This document shows, in pieces, positions 22,094 through 35,043 of a DNA stretch of 35,043 nt (position 1 is its first letter; each line of letters begins with the position of its first letter). The DNA lies in the NCBI GenBank assembly GCA_021432655.1, contig MU271276.1, positions 74,915-109,957 on the forward strand, in the 5' to 3' direction. The stretch comes from Atractiella rhizophila. Taxonomy: Eukaryota. The notes below the pieces were generated by a model that saw only the letters and a program-made list of their open reading frames with translations, did not search any database and was not told the origin of the DNA. Both the position numbers and the translations under genes were made by a program.

Positions 22094-25000
22094 ATGGATA
22101 AGTGGGCTGCTCTTATTCCATCCCCCAATGCTCCACCGCCGCAGGGGAAGCAATCAGCGGTGGCTGCAACAATAGCCAAGCAGCAGAAGTACACTTCGCG
22201 GTCGCTGTCGCACATTGGAAGGCTGCCAGAAGAAGCATTCATCCTCATCTTCTCCCACCTCCCTCTCCCAGATATCGTCAATCTCGCCCGAGGTAACCGC
22301 AGACTAGGAAGACTTAGTAAAGATGAAAGGGTGTGGAAGCGTAAGTGGAGGTGGATGGAATGGAAAGGTCCCTATGAAGTGCTCGGGATCGGGAGCAAGA
22401 AGGAGAATGGGAATGGAACAAACGCCATTGATGCGAGCGGTTCGCATCAGTTACCTCCAACAACGGTCGCTCCTACTCCGGGAAGATCCTTCAACGATAT
22501 CGCTCGCTCTTCAGCTTTCACCATCGGCGACGACGACGACGACGAGTTTGGCGCTTTCTCCAGTGGTTCGGCATCGACCAGCGCAACTCCAATCTCAACA
22601 AATGGCAGCAGCGACTTCGACGACTTCGTATCTGCTCCTCTAGTGGCTCCCAATTCAACGTCACTCCAAGTTCCGCAAATTAACGGGATAACTCGCACAC
22701 CGGACATCACACCATCCATCACCCCATCACGACAATACGCCGATCCATTCGATATGAATTCCCTGAACTTTGACGCGACCGCCTCGTCTCCTTCTTTCTC
22801 CCCCAATCTCAGCGCACCCTCTCTACCTTCTTCAAAGCCCAAAACTCCTGACCTGTTCTCATTTGAAGAGCCAGTCAAAGCCGCACTCCCACCACTCGCG
22901 GTGAAACCAACGACGCCCCGTTCAAACTCTCCCTTCGTACCCAACGGCGTATTCTCCCCCACCTCTCCAAAATCCAAACTTTCCAAATTAGGATCAATTG
23001 ATACAACCTACCGCGAGCTCTTTATGGCATTGCACGCCTACCTCCTTCCCTTCTACCTTTCCTTCCAAATATACACCACCAACTCTCTCCTCTTCACGTC
23101 GAGATCACCATCCTCACTCCCGTCCTGCGCTCACACATCCTCGCCAGTCTCATCCCCTTCTCTCTCAACCAAAGTCTCTCACCGACACGGAGCAGCCACT
23201 CCGGGGCATGTTGTCTACAGGAATCTCATGTCCGCAACGGACTTTTTCGAGAGCACCATATTGGCCGAGTTTGACAGGTGGGAAGAGAAAGGAGGGGGAA
23301 GGAGAGAAGGGGATGAAGGAGACCAGTCGAGTGCTCTGGGAGTTGAACGGAGGTGGAAACGTCATTCAGAGCTTTTGTGAGAAGAGACCGGTTTTTTATG
23401 ACAATACGGCTCATAATCCCACTAAAAAACATCGTGTTCGTCCATCGCCACTGCTCCTGAGACATAAAGTTCTGAGAGAAGAAACAGGAAAGTCCCTTCC
23501 CCAAATGGCGAAATGGGGGATGGGATCGACTTCACTGCGATGGACGAATACATGAAATGGCTCTTGGAAACCGTCAAGAAGGATGGGTCACTAATCGCTA
23601 GAGTTTTTCCACCAGAGGCCGACGTTCTTATCTACTTTGCTGACCGTATAGCTTCGGAAGTGGTATGCCTCTGCCTCACTTCTCCTTGACTTGTCCCCAC
23701 GTCTGACAATGCGCGCAGCTTTCGGAGTACACGACAACCCTGTTGTCAGCAGCGCAGAACCTACGGCATCCACTCTTCCTACTCGCAACAGCTGCGACAT
23801 TTGCTCAATGTTACCGTCTAGTAGAGACTGTATGCACGATCGAGCCGAAGAACGAGAAGTTTGTGACGCGGGAACGAGCAGAGGACGTTGTGTTCAGGAT
23901 GTTCGAGCAACATATGGACGACTACCTACAAGAAGAGGGGGACTGGATCAAAGAGGTCCTGGAAGGCATCTGCACAGAATGGGATACCAAGGTCGCGAAC
24001 GAAACTGCCACCGTGGACGCCACTTTCCTCACCTCCCAGAACCCGGCGATGGTGAAGAAAAAAATGTCCTGCAAGGTTTCGGGAAAGTGCTGCTCGCTCC
24101 AATCACTATTGTACCCAAGACCGCCTCGCTCACTTACAACGTGATCAAGGTCACTTCCACCGGTGCTTTGAACACTGTCACTCAACTCGGAAACACGCTC
24201 GGTTCAGCCTTCACGCCTGCTTCTCAGAGGGAACTCAATAAACCCGCCAAGCTCGAACAAGACCCTAAGGCCACGAATGGAGGTGGAACCACGGCAATGG
24301 AGGAGTGGCAACAGACTACGCCGCGAGCTTCCCTTGACACTTCTACGTTGAGGACGGAGACTGACGCCTCATCCATCGCCCCTACCGTCTCTACCATGCC
24401 GACTGATGTGGACGCACCGTCAAGACCAGAGTCTGTAATCTCAACGAGTTCGAATCCAGCGTCCGTGAAAGAAAACAAGGTGCATCCGGGCTTTGAGAGG
24501 ATGCAGTTCCTTCTTTCGCTTGACACCTCTCTCGCTCTCATACAGGCCGATCGAGAATCGCTCAAGCGTGTTCAAACTTTCTTGAGGTATCCAGGGACAT
24601 ATGGAGCAAAAGTCAGGGATACGCTGGAGGAGATCTTCATTATTCTACTGCAGACTTTGAACGAGAGGCACATCAAGAAAGCTTTTCAGAGGCGAGCATC
24701 TTCCTTGATGATAATAACCTTACTAAATGAGAAGAACAGGGCGAGCCAGCAAATGTCTAGTTTTAAGCCAGAGGTGGCCCCTGACGGCCAAAATGTTGCT
24801 CCTTTAGTTCAGTTTTTTGAGTTAGTGCACATTGGGGATACGATTCAACAGATGGTACAAGCCTACTTCGACAAGGAGATGGCAAGCAGCTCCAATATGA
24901 TGCTGCCAAAACAAACTGATTTCATTGCAGGCAAACCGCATCAACCGTACCGATTTCTTGAACGCAGTCGTTCGAGAAAAGAAGAAGTTCGAACAGACTC

Positions 25001-25738
25001 TGGATGACTCCGTTGCTCAAGGCTTGCACTCCGGCGTCAGCATCCTCATGAACAATGTCGAATACATCATCACTTCGAAGCAGGATCCGAGGGATTTCTG
25101 TCCTGAGGTGGAAGATCTCGAGCTCCGTCCAACGCTCGCATGTCGGGAAGCGATTGAATGCCTACGCTTTCACTGTAACATGTTGAAAGGAAGCACCGAC
25201 AAACACATCCTGGAAGTTTTCTACCAAGAAGTCGGCATTCGATTACACACGTAAGTCTTCAGTTGCTGTTATGCACCAGATTAACCAGGAAGCAGTATTC
25301 TCTGTAAACACCTCAAACGCTCTATCATCTCGATTCACGGTGGTTTCCAAGTCATTTCAGATCTCAACGCCTACCACGCCTTCATCGTCACCCTTAAACA
25401 ACAGGAGTTGACCGCTTACTTCACCGCTTTAAAGATGATTGGACAGCTTTTCATCATAGACTCACCAAAGGATCTCGGTCAATTGGTGCGCGATGTTCAT
25501 CGATATGATGGTACTGTGAGGGCGGAAGATTTGTACGAGTTCATCCAGGTAAGTTCCCTTGCCTCCATGTTGCAGGAACTCACAATTTTCTCCATGACCT
25601 TGTAGCGGCGAACGGATTGGAAAAAGAGTGAGCATTTCCTCAGTCACACTACTTGTTTGCTAACATAAGACAGTTGACAAACAGGTAGAGAAGGAGTTGT
25701 TCGGTCTGCAGCTCTCTCAAGATTGTATCATAGCATGA
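22094..25738 (+). CDS. RCY1: Recyclin Rcy1: F-box + Sec10-like helical protein with C-terminal CaaX; several apparent frameshifts
   Basis: MDKW start, F-box IGRLPEEAFILIFSHLPLPDIVNLAR, RVFPPEADV, MQFLLSLDTSLALIQADRESLKR, LVQFFELVHIGDTIQQMV, REKKKFEQTLDDSVAQGL, STDKHILEVFYQEVGIRL, ISDLNAY, YEFIQ-RRTDW. Ends QDCIIA* (CaaX, as in yeast Rcy1). Confidence 0.9.
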
Positions 25739-25880
25739 TTCTTGTGTAATTTCTGACCTCTAAGTTGGAAGATATACCTCATTCTTGTTTGTACGGCGTC
25801 CTTGCATTGATCGATTTGTTTCTTTCTCGTGTCATAAGCCAATATTTACCCAGACCACTGGGAAAGAGAGAATCACGTGA

Positions 25881-27038
<1,158 letters not shown>

Positions 27039-27040
27039 GT

Positions 27041-28838
27041 TCACTCGCTGACGACGACGGAGCGGACGGTTGAGAGGGAAGGAAACCCGAATTGTGGACC
27101 TTTCTGTAGAACGAGGAGACGGTTGTTATGGTGGATGTAGGCTTTGATGTAACCCTGCATGAAAAAGTACAGTATACATTCAGTTTAAACCTCATTAGTT
27201 GGAATGAATACCCACCTGCTCTATCAAGACTGCGACCATACATTCTACATCGTCGATCTCAAGAGCTTCTTCCTCGTCGATGAATGCATTTGCCGGATCG
27301 ACGAGGTATTTCAGCTCGAGGCGATTCACAGTATGCCCTGGATCCAATGTGGTAACACTGACCAGACAGTCAGGGCTTTGTTTTATTCGAACAAGGTCAG
27401 AAGCAGACGAACATATTGCGCGTGAGATTCCGCCAGCACAAAATCTCGAGTTTTTCTCTGAGGAGAAGATAGGTCCGATTGCGCACGTGCCAGGTCCTCC
27501 ATTTCTCTATTGCCTTGAGAGCCGCCTTGTAGTTTCCGCACTGCAATATCATCAAAAGAGGCCAACGCAGTGTTACCGCTAAGATGGCTCACTTTGACAG
27601 CTGCAAAGAGGTCTAGGTATTGCTCGTCGAGTTGAAACATTTGCAGACATCCAAAGTCGAGAGTCAAACCTAGTAAAAGACAAGTTGGGATCAAGAATAC
27701 CAGAATCTGTCTGCCAAGGAAGTTATTATTCTGAAAGCAAAGTGCCACCGTGCTCACTGTCGCTGAATGTTGTGCTCTGGTCCGGTGCACAGGTCGAACG
27801 ACTTTCGCAGATTCATCATGGCCTGAGGAGATGTCTGAGCCGAAGTTATCAAGCAATGAGAAGGCAATACCTTTCGCAGATTTCTCTGATAGAGGGCCAA
27901 GCGGCCTAGGTAATAGTAATATTTGACCCTATCCGCCTTCAAGACGAAGTCGGTGTCTAAAACGTCATATGCTTTCGTCGCACTGATAATGACGGTGTCA
28001 CAAAGAGTGAAATTATCGAGCTTAAAGTGTCCTTAAATCATGAACATCGAGAGCTCGTGAAGGAGAAGACGTACTTTGAAGCAGATTCGAAATATTCCAT
28101 TCGCGATACTGAATGCCGCTTCTTTCTCTGTGAAATGAGCATTCGGGTCTGAGTTCCTGATTCCTAACTATTAAAAGGAAACTCAGGAACAGATGATGTT
28201 CACCTCTCATTGATCGCGAGCTGAATTGCCCTAATAAACTGTGGCGCATTCTGGTTTGTGATCTCCATCTTTTTATCACCGTTTTGGTCGTCCGCCTTTT
28301 GATAAACATCAATACTTCCTTCAAACGAAGGAGACAAGGTACTTACTAGAAAAGAGAGCGTAACAAGCGGTCCAGTTAACTTCCTCAGTGTCTGTGCGAA
28401 CCATCCAGCGTCAGGTTGTTGGAAGACGACAAGAGCGGCTCTATCTCGATCCCATCAGTATTCTACAGCTTCCGCCGGTGAAACTGCGTACTTATAAACG
28501 AGAACCATGAGCTCGCAAGCTTTGACGGCGTCGCCTTCTTCATGCAGCTGCGCGTCTCTCACGAATACGAGATAGTGAGCCAAAAACTCTGACAATGCCT
28601 TGTTTCTAGTCAAGCTCATCGCTCGGTCCACGAAAGTAGTGAGCCTGAAATTCGGATGCATCTGTGGATATCTTCATTTCAGAGACTGGAACAGCAAAGG
28701 AAGGGACGTAGGGACCAGAAGGTCGTTTTGCAGCTCCAGCTGAAAGTCATCTTGCGCAAGTGGATTGAACAGGTCGGATAGAGAATATTTATCCCCTTGA
28801 TTGAAGTATTCTGCAGAGGACTCTAAGAAACCGTCCAT
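27041..28838 (-). CDS. PCI-domain protein of the PCID2/Thp1/Csn12 family
   Basis: Spliced: IANGIFRICFK-LDNFTLC, DRVKYYYYLGRLALYQ, ILVFLIPTCLLLG, winged-helix end LEIDDVECMVAVLIEQ-GYIKAYIHHNNRLLVLQKGPQFGFPSL; stop at 27041-27043. Confidence 0.82.
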
Positions 28839-29144
28839 CTCTCAAGCGACAACTCCGTTCTCTGCACAGTTCTTTGCGTTCGAGCCGTTGATCTTTGATG
28901 TCTGTGTCCTGGTTTGTGGTTTGTTTTGAACTTTTGTTGCAGTTGGTTGGATTTGGGATGAACACTTAGCAAACAGAAAGCACAACTACAAGCGTCTTGA
29001 AGGACTTTGGTTACAACATTTTGACGTTGGACGCTTTGGTCCAGCATGCTTCAAGGGAAAGGCAAGAGATGGACTCATGCCTCAATGCATTGCAATTTGC
29101 AAACCTATTGATTGAAGGATGGACCCAAACAGCTTCTGAAACTT

Positions 29145-32100
29145 CTACTTATTCTGCGCTGGTGGCGGCGCCACAGCAAGCCTCGCCCAAAACATGGATT
29201 CTTTCAGCCTCACAATCTCTCCATAACACCTTTGTTCCCAGCCTGGAGACGGCCCGTTGCCGTTCGAAGGAGCTCCCTTCTCCGTTGTCGTCGTCAACAC
29301 TGAGGCAGCGCTGCTGCTGTTACGATCGATTGTGGGACGAATGGTACTCGCGACCGAGGGATTTTGAATGTGTCGACGCGGCGGCGGACGGGGAGGGGTT
29401 GCCACTGTGACTTGTTTTGGTGGAGCACTAGTAGCTTCTTGAGAGGGAGAGTCCGAGTCAGATTTAGATGGAGTGGATGATGGCGGTGGGGGAACAGTAC
29501 GACGAGCAGCAGAGCGCCTGGGCACAGGAGGTGGCGCGGACGGAGTCGAGGTACCACTGCTTAGCTGAGAGGGGGATCCAGTCTCCTTTTCGCTGGCACT
29601 TGAATCCATAGATAGACGTGGAGGCGCTTCCTCTTCCTTTGCTTCTTCAGTTTTCTCCTCCGCTTTTTCTGTCGCGACTTCTTCCTTCTTCTCCTCCACT
29701 TTGACTTCATCCTTCCGCTCCTCTCCTAACTTAACCTCATCATTCTTTTCTTCCACCTTGACTTCAGCTACCTTCTCCTCTTTCACTTCATCCTTCTTGA
29801 CATCTGCCTCCTTCTCGATTTCATTCTCCTTCTTTGCCTCCGCAACCTCTGGCTCTGCACTCTCTCCCTTCTTCTCTCCCTCCTGAAGCTTCGCATTGTC
29901 TTCCTCGGAAGTTGGCAGGGTTTTCTTCTCGTCCACTGCCACAGGCTCATTCTTCGCCACTTCCACCCCATTCACACCCTCCTCCCGCTTTTCCTTCTCC
30001 GCATCACTCTCCGCCTTCTTCTCCTCTTCCTCATCCACAACCATAGCAGTCCCATTCGGTTTCGGAGTCGTGACCTCCTCTCCCTTCTCTCCATCCGATT
30101 TTTCACTCGGGAGAGGAAGATGATCAATCGAACTCGACTTTGTCTTTGCCAACAGTGCCGCTCGAACATCCCTTTCCCTCGCCCCAACATTAGCGGCGGG
30201 TCCAGTGCTCACAGTCCTTCTATACGAGTTCAGAGCCGCTCTCCTGCCCTCAATCGACGGTCTACTCTTATGCGTCGGTCGCGTGAAGCTCGGGTTCGTG
30301 AGCAGAGGAGGAGGGGGAGGGGAAGCGCCGACGAAGTTGTATTCCTCGAGCAGGAGGCCGCGTTGAAGCGAGCGAACGTACCCCCAGAACTCGCATACAG
30401 CCCTCAGACGCCTCAGACAGTATGTAGGACAGAGCGTGTATTTGGCGGTTGACGAGTCGACGCGGAAAAAGTATATTTGTGAGTTCGGATTCGTCGAGGA
30501 GGCAGATCCGAGTGGGAGAGAGGAGGTAGAAGGGAACTGGAATGTTCCATCCATATCCTTAGGAGACGGGGCTCCAGAGGCAGAGGAGACAGAGGAGGTG
30601 CTGTCCTTCTTCGAGCGGGTGAACGACCAGGTAGAAGAAATCATCTTCTTGACCTGTTTTTGAGCCACCTCCGCCGGCGTCTCCACCTCTTGTCCGGGAG
30701 CAAACCACCTCTCCAATCCCGTTCCACACATCGAGCAACTAGCCGAAGGGAGCGTTCCATGCGCGGGCTCAATGACTAACTGTCCTTCCAAAACGGCAGT
30801 CGCGATCTGTCTGCGCGAGAGCCAGTTGAGACCAGGAGCGAATTCGAGGCGAAGAGACGGGTCCGAATCCTCCTCTATTGCTCTCTTTACGAACGGTTGG
30901 CCCGTATGTTGTGAGAGGGGCAGTAGGGGTGCGAGCGCCTCTTTGGGGTCCGGAGGAGGGCCAGGAGAAGGAGGTGCCGCATAGTACATCCCGCCAACTT
31001 GCATGCCGGTGCCATGGTGCGAGGGTGGGTGAAGTGCGACGTATCGCGAACGCTTGAGATGTGTTGTGAACGAGAGGAACTCATGGTAGGGCACGACGTC
31101 GATTTGGATCCCAGGGAAGGGATGGATGGATGAAGAGGGAGAAAATGCGATGATGGAGGAGTTCATGAGGTTAGGAGGTGGGAGAGGGATGGTGGAGACG
31201 GAAGAACGGGATCGATGCAGGGATTCCGTCGGTACGAGAGGGAGTGCAGCGAGTTCGAAATCGATCGGTATATCCAACTCCTCGAACCTCCTCTTCATGT
31301 TCTCATTCTCTCCTTCCAGAACCTTTGCGCGCTCCACTTCTTCCGTCAAGCTTCCCCTCAACGCATCGAGGACCCCCTGCATATCCTGCACCGACTCCTC
31401 CAAAGAAGCCATCTTGGCTTCCGCCTGCGCACGGACCATTCGTTCCGACGCGACCATCTTGTTCGCTTCCATGAAGAGGGACGAAGAAAGCTGGTCGAGT
31501 TCACCTTCGATCGTAGCCTTCGCAGCCTCAGCAGACGTGCGCTGCTCCGTCTCCTTCAGAATTTTATCCATCAAGCTCGTGAGTTCGGATTGAACGTGTC
31601 TCTGCATCCATGACCCAATTCACCATAAACGTTCCACTCGCACTAACAATCCCAAAGAAAGCGAAAGTGACATACACGCTCGACGAAAGTACCACCCTCT
31701 AAAGCCGCATTCCACTCCTGCTTCTCCTTCTCCAAACCCGCCACTCTCTTCTTGAGCACTCTCGCATGTTCCTGTTCATCCTCTAAATCTGAAATCTTGT
31801 GAAAACTCGACACAAGCTTCGAATTGAGGGTGTGGACCTGAGACGTGAGGTCGGTGATTTGGCTTCTGAGCGAAGTAATTAATGAAAAGGTGGGAGATTC
31901 GGGGTCGTTCTCGTCGTGGTCGTGGTCATGGTCATGATGTTCGTGTGAGGACGAAGGGGTGGAGCGAGAACTTTCGCGGATACCACGTGTGGATGACGAA
32001 CGGGAGTGGGAAGGAAACGAGGGAGGCGGAGGGAGAAGAGGGAGAGGGCTCTGGCTGCCTTATCGTCTTTGGCGAGCCGGATGCTTCTTTTCACACATGC

Positions 32101-32258
32101 CAAACCCTTCAGCCTCTTCCATGTGAGCTGAATTCGTGGAGGAATGACGAACCATGCAGATTGTCGTACTTGTGCGCGCTTTCGTTGTCGCCCTCCGCAT
32201 CAAATAGCTCTTCGTTATCGTTCTCTTTGCTCGTGTCTTTGGCAGCTGCAGAGCTCAT
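29145..32258 (-). CDS. SEC2: Rab guanine-nucleotide exchange factor Sec2
   Basis: Coiled coil LITSLRSQITDLTSQVHTLNSKLV; Sec2p motif IEGELDQLSSSLFMEANKMVASER; FVKRAIEEDSDPSLRLEFAPGLNWLSRR; CSMCG..LCPTYCLRRLRAVCEFWGYVR; C-terminal WEQRCYGEIVRLKESMFWAR. 5' exon boundaries are approximate. Confidence 0.9.
29630..30030 (-). repeat. Low-complexity Glu/Lys-rich coding repeats within SEC2
   Basis: Imperfect EVKVEEKK/DEVK repeats; pyrimidine-rich on the + strand. Confidence 0.7.
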
Positions 32259-33555
32259 GCTCACTTGAGACGTTAGATTGGTTGGGGAGAAGCAACTTGA
32301 AGTGATGTTGATGTTGATTTGCACTCACTAAACTTCAGCCTGGGAGATATTATTATTATTATGGTCTGGTCTGACTGGAATGTATGGGGAATGTGAGCAC
32401 GAGGATATGAAATTAATGCTCAGATGGAAGGGGAACTTAGGAAGGTGCGTGAACGGAGCTTTCGCTGTTTGGACCGCACAGATTGCTGCAGTTCTTTGCA
32501 CTTCTCACGCAAAAGTATCACGAAATGGATGAGCAACATTCTATCACCTCTGCAGAGATTTTGACCACCGACCAACATGACATTCTGATGACACTGTGGC
32601 TATGAGACCTGACAAATACACCTGAAAGTGTGGGATTGTCCTCGTTGCCAGTGGTCAGCGAGACGTTATGTGTAGCACTTTGATCTGTGACAATTTACAA
32701 TTTAAAGTGTCTGTGGCTTCCTAGCTTGGACTGGAATAGCAGAGAGCTAGCTTCCACAACCCTGCTACAATTCTGCCTGTCTTTCCACCTCTGAGGGAAC
32801 TAGACGGTCCCGCCTAACTCAGAAGTAAGAGGGGCTTTCCCTTGAGATCTTGAGGGATGGCGCTCGCATGGTGCCAGAGCGGCAGAGGTCGACGTATCCT
32901 CTAAGCTCCGCCTTTCCTCCTCCAATGGTCTCGTACCGATGTCGGATCGAAATGCTTCAGCTTTCCTTCGAGTGACAGCAACATGAAACTAGGGTAATAA
33001 TGCCCCACCGTCCATTGGCGAACCGCTCTAGCTGGCTCACATCTCCTTAGACAACACAAGAGAGACAAAGCAAATCTTTCATTCACCACCGGTCGTCGGC
33101 GGTAGCACCCGACCTGCACCGTCGGCTCCCTTTGCCTAACTCTTCCGTTCCCCAGCGCTCCTGACATTTCTCTCTCACACGTTGTCGCGAAAACTTCCAC
33201 CAACGAATCGAGAGCGGTTCGTTATGCAGATAGCCAGACCTCCAGAGCCGCAAGGAAAGCTTGGGGTTGCATAATTGCTTGCTCGGCTCAGTTGGCTTCG
33301 ATCCGAACCCAGCTCGGATCATGGACGGTTACCTTGAGCTCCACCTGGTTCCACGCATCTTTCACAGTGAAAGTGCCAGCATTCGCCTTCGTTTCTCTCT
33401 GTCGCAAAGTAATTTGTGGTTTGAGGATGTCATAGCCGACTCCGGAATGAATGGATACTGCTTTTTTTGTATCCCTTGTACTTCGGTTCGACCACTGTCA
33501 CCACCGCGTCAAGTGGGAGGGAGTGACGGCCGTTGATGTAGCTCACCATGTAAGA

Positions 33556-33564
33556 TATATAAAA
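33556..33564 (+). promoter_or_regulatory. TATA box of the P450nor gene
   Basis: TATATAAAA, about 90 nt upstream of ATG 33653. Confidence 0.65.
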
Positions 33565-33652
33565 GGTGGGATGGAGGGGACTGGTAGACATGAAATTCCC
33601 AACAGCTCATTCGCCCAGCTCTAAACATCTAGCCTTCACCTTCAAAAAAGCC

Positions 33653-35043
33653 ATGTCGACTGCCACTGAATCAGGTACGCCGTACCCCTTACCCTGGCTT
33701 TGGGTCTAATTAAAGCGGAATGTAGCTCCGCCTCGATTCCCCTTCTCTCGTCCCTCTGCTGCCATCCCTCCCCTCGAGTATGCGCAGCTGCGAAAGACTG
33801 CTCCAGTCTCAAAAGTCACTTTGTTCGATGGATCTCACGCCTGGTTGGTCGTCAAATACAAGGACATCTGCTCCGTCTTGACGGATGACAGACTTTCAAA
33901 GGTCCCTCTTGATTCTCCTTGTTACATCATCATTTTGAGCTCACTTTACGCGATATGAACAGCAAAGGAACCGACCTGGTTTCCCGGAGCTTTCTGCAGG
34001 AGGGAAGGCGGCAGCCAAGAATAAGGCACGTCTACTTCTTTCTATTCGTTCAACTCAGGACATGCTAATGCTAACTTTTCGGTGCCCAGCCCACTTTTGT
34101 GGACATGGACCCTCCCCAACATGGGCAACAGAGGGGAATGGTTGCTCCCCTTTTCACGCCTGAGCAAGCGCAACTCGGCAGGCCACATATTCAGAAGACT
34201 TGCGACGAGTTGATCGACGAGATGGTAAAGGAAGGATGCGGGAACGGCCTCGATATCATTCCTCGATTAGCCTTGAAGCTTCCTTCTTATGTGAGTTACC
34301 ATTGGTGCACTTAAATGCGATATTATGCTGATTCCTTATGCTGGACAGATCATTTATGGCATTCTTGGAGTCCCTTTCAAGGATCTCGAGTACTTGACGC
34401 AACAAAATGCAATTCGGAGCAATGGGAGTGGAACTGCGGCCGAGGCTCAAGCTGCTAACCAGTCAGTTGGTTCAAGAGTTGCGAACAAGTTACTTATGAT
34501 TCCACTCTAGAGAACTGCTGGATTACCTCGCGAATTTAGTGGAGGTGAAAAAAGCAGAACCAGGCCACGACCTCATTAGCGAGCTCATCGAGAAACAAGT
34601 GCGTAATCTTTCACAGTTTAATTCCCAGTTCTTACGGCCGAAATAGTTGAACCATGGGCACCTTGAAAAATCCGATGTTGTTCAGCTTGCTTTCCTAATG
34701 CTAGTCGCTGGAAATGCCACAATGGCGAGTAGTTTTGCTTCCGTGGCCCAATGTGCACTTACGTCCACATATTAGGTCAACATGATCGCCCTTGTGAGGA
34801 CCCCTGCTTACCTCTGTTACGAGTCCAGACTGATGCATTATTCAGGGAATTGTCACCCTCCTCCAACACCCTGATCAGCTCGCCGCTCTCAAGAAAGACC
34901 CCTCTCTCGCAAAAGACTTCGTGGAAGAACTTTGTCGCTACCATACTGGTTCGGCTCTTGCAACGAAGCGTGTAGCAAAGGAAGACATTGTTCTAAATGG
35001 AGTGGTACGCGTCTACTTCCTATTCCTCTCCAATTATTCATCA
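33653..35043 (+). CDS. CYP55: Cytochrome P450nor (CYP55), soluble fungal nitric oxide reductase; 3' end beyond the window; possible upstream in-frame start at 33590
   Basis: Exons 33653-33674, 33726-33901, 33963-34025, 34090-34290, 34349-34461, 34511-34598, 34647-34724, 34776-34793, 34846-35004 give [151 protein letters not shown]. This is colinear with Fusarium oxysporum CYP55A1 as I recall it. Confidence 0.95.

Noticed and set aside
31905..31940. (GACCAY)n repeat on the minus strand
   Set aside because: A short His/Asp coding microsatellite within the SEC2 N-terminus.
32330..33540. Short ORFs and nitrate-regulator (NirA-type) sites upstream of P450nor
   Set aside because: The ORFs have no recognisable homology. 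I saw no exact CTCCGHGG site, and isolated GATA words are expected by chance.

Overview
Intron-rich, gene-dense fungal genomic DNA, not prokaryotic. Short 45-70 nt introns with diverse GT donors suggest a basidiomycete, possibly Pucciniomycotina (inference only). Spliced by eye, in order: partial zuotin (ZUO1); a 920-nt assembly gap; an SDR oxidoreductase; a secreted S8 subtilase (PA and Fn3-like domains, one apparent frameshift); an RRM+YTH RNA-binding protein; a 5'-truncated tandem duplicate of NOB1; intact NOB1 head-to-head with SMC6; an uncharacterised F-box-like/LRR-like gene; RCY1 with clustered frameshifts; COQ5; a PCID2/Thp1/Csn12-family PCI gene whose stop codon lies 2 nt from that of COQ5; SEC2; and, running off the end, a P450nor (CYP55, fungal nitric oxide reductase). 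The most interesting signals are: (1) the P450nor, with an in-frame upstream ATG adding a 21-aa mitochondrial-presequence-like peptide, a B'-helix SAGG motif suggesting NADH/NADPH use, and nine introns, two of them GC-AG; (2) the ~1.26-kb NOB1 partial duplication with an open frame and mostly synonymous divergence. All calls come from motif recognition; no searches were run.
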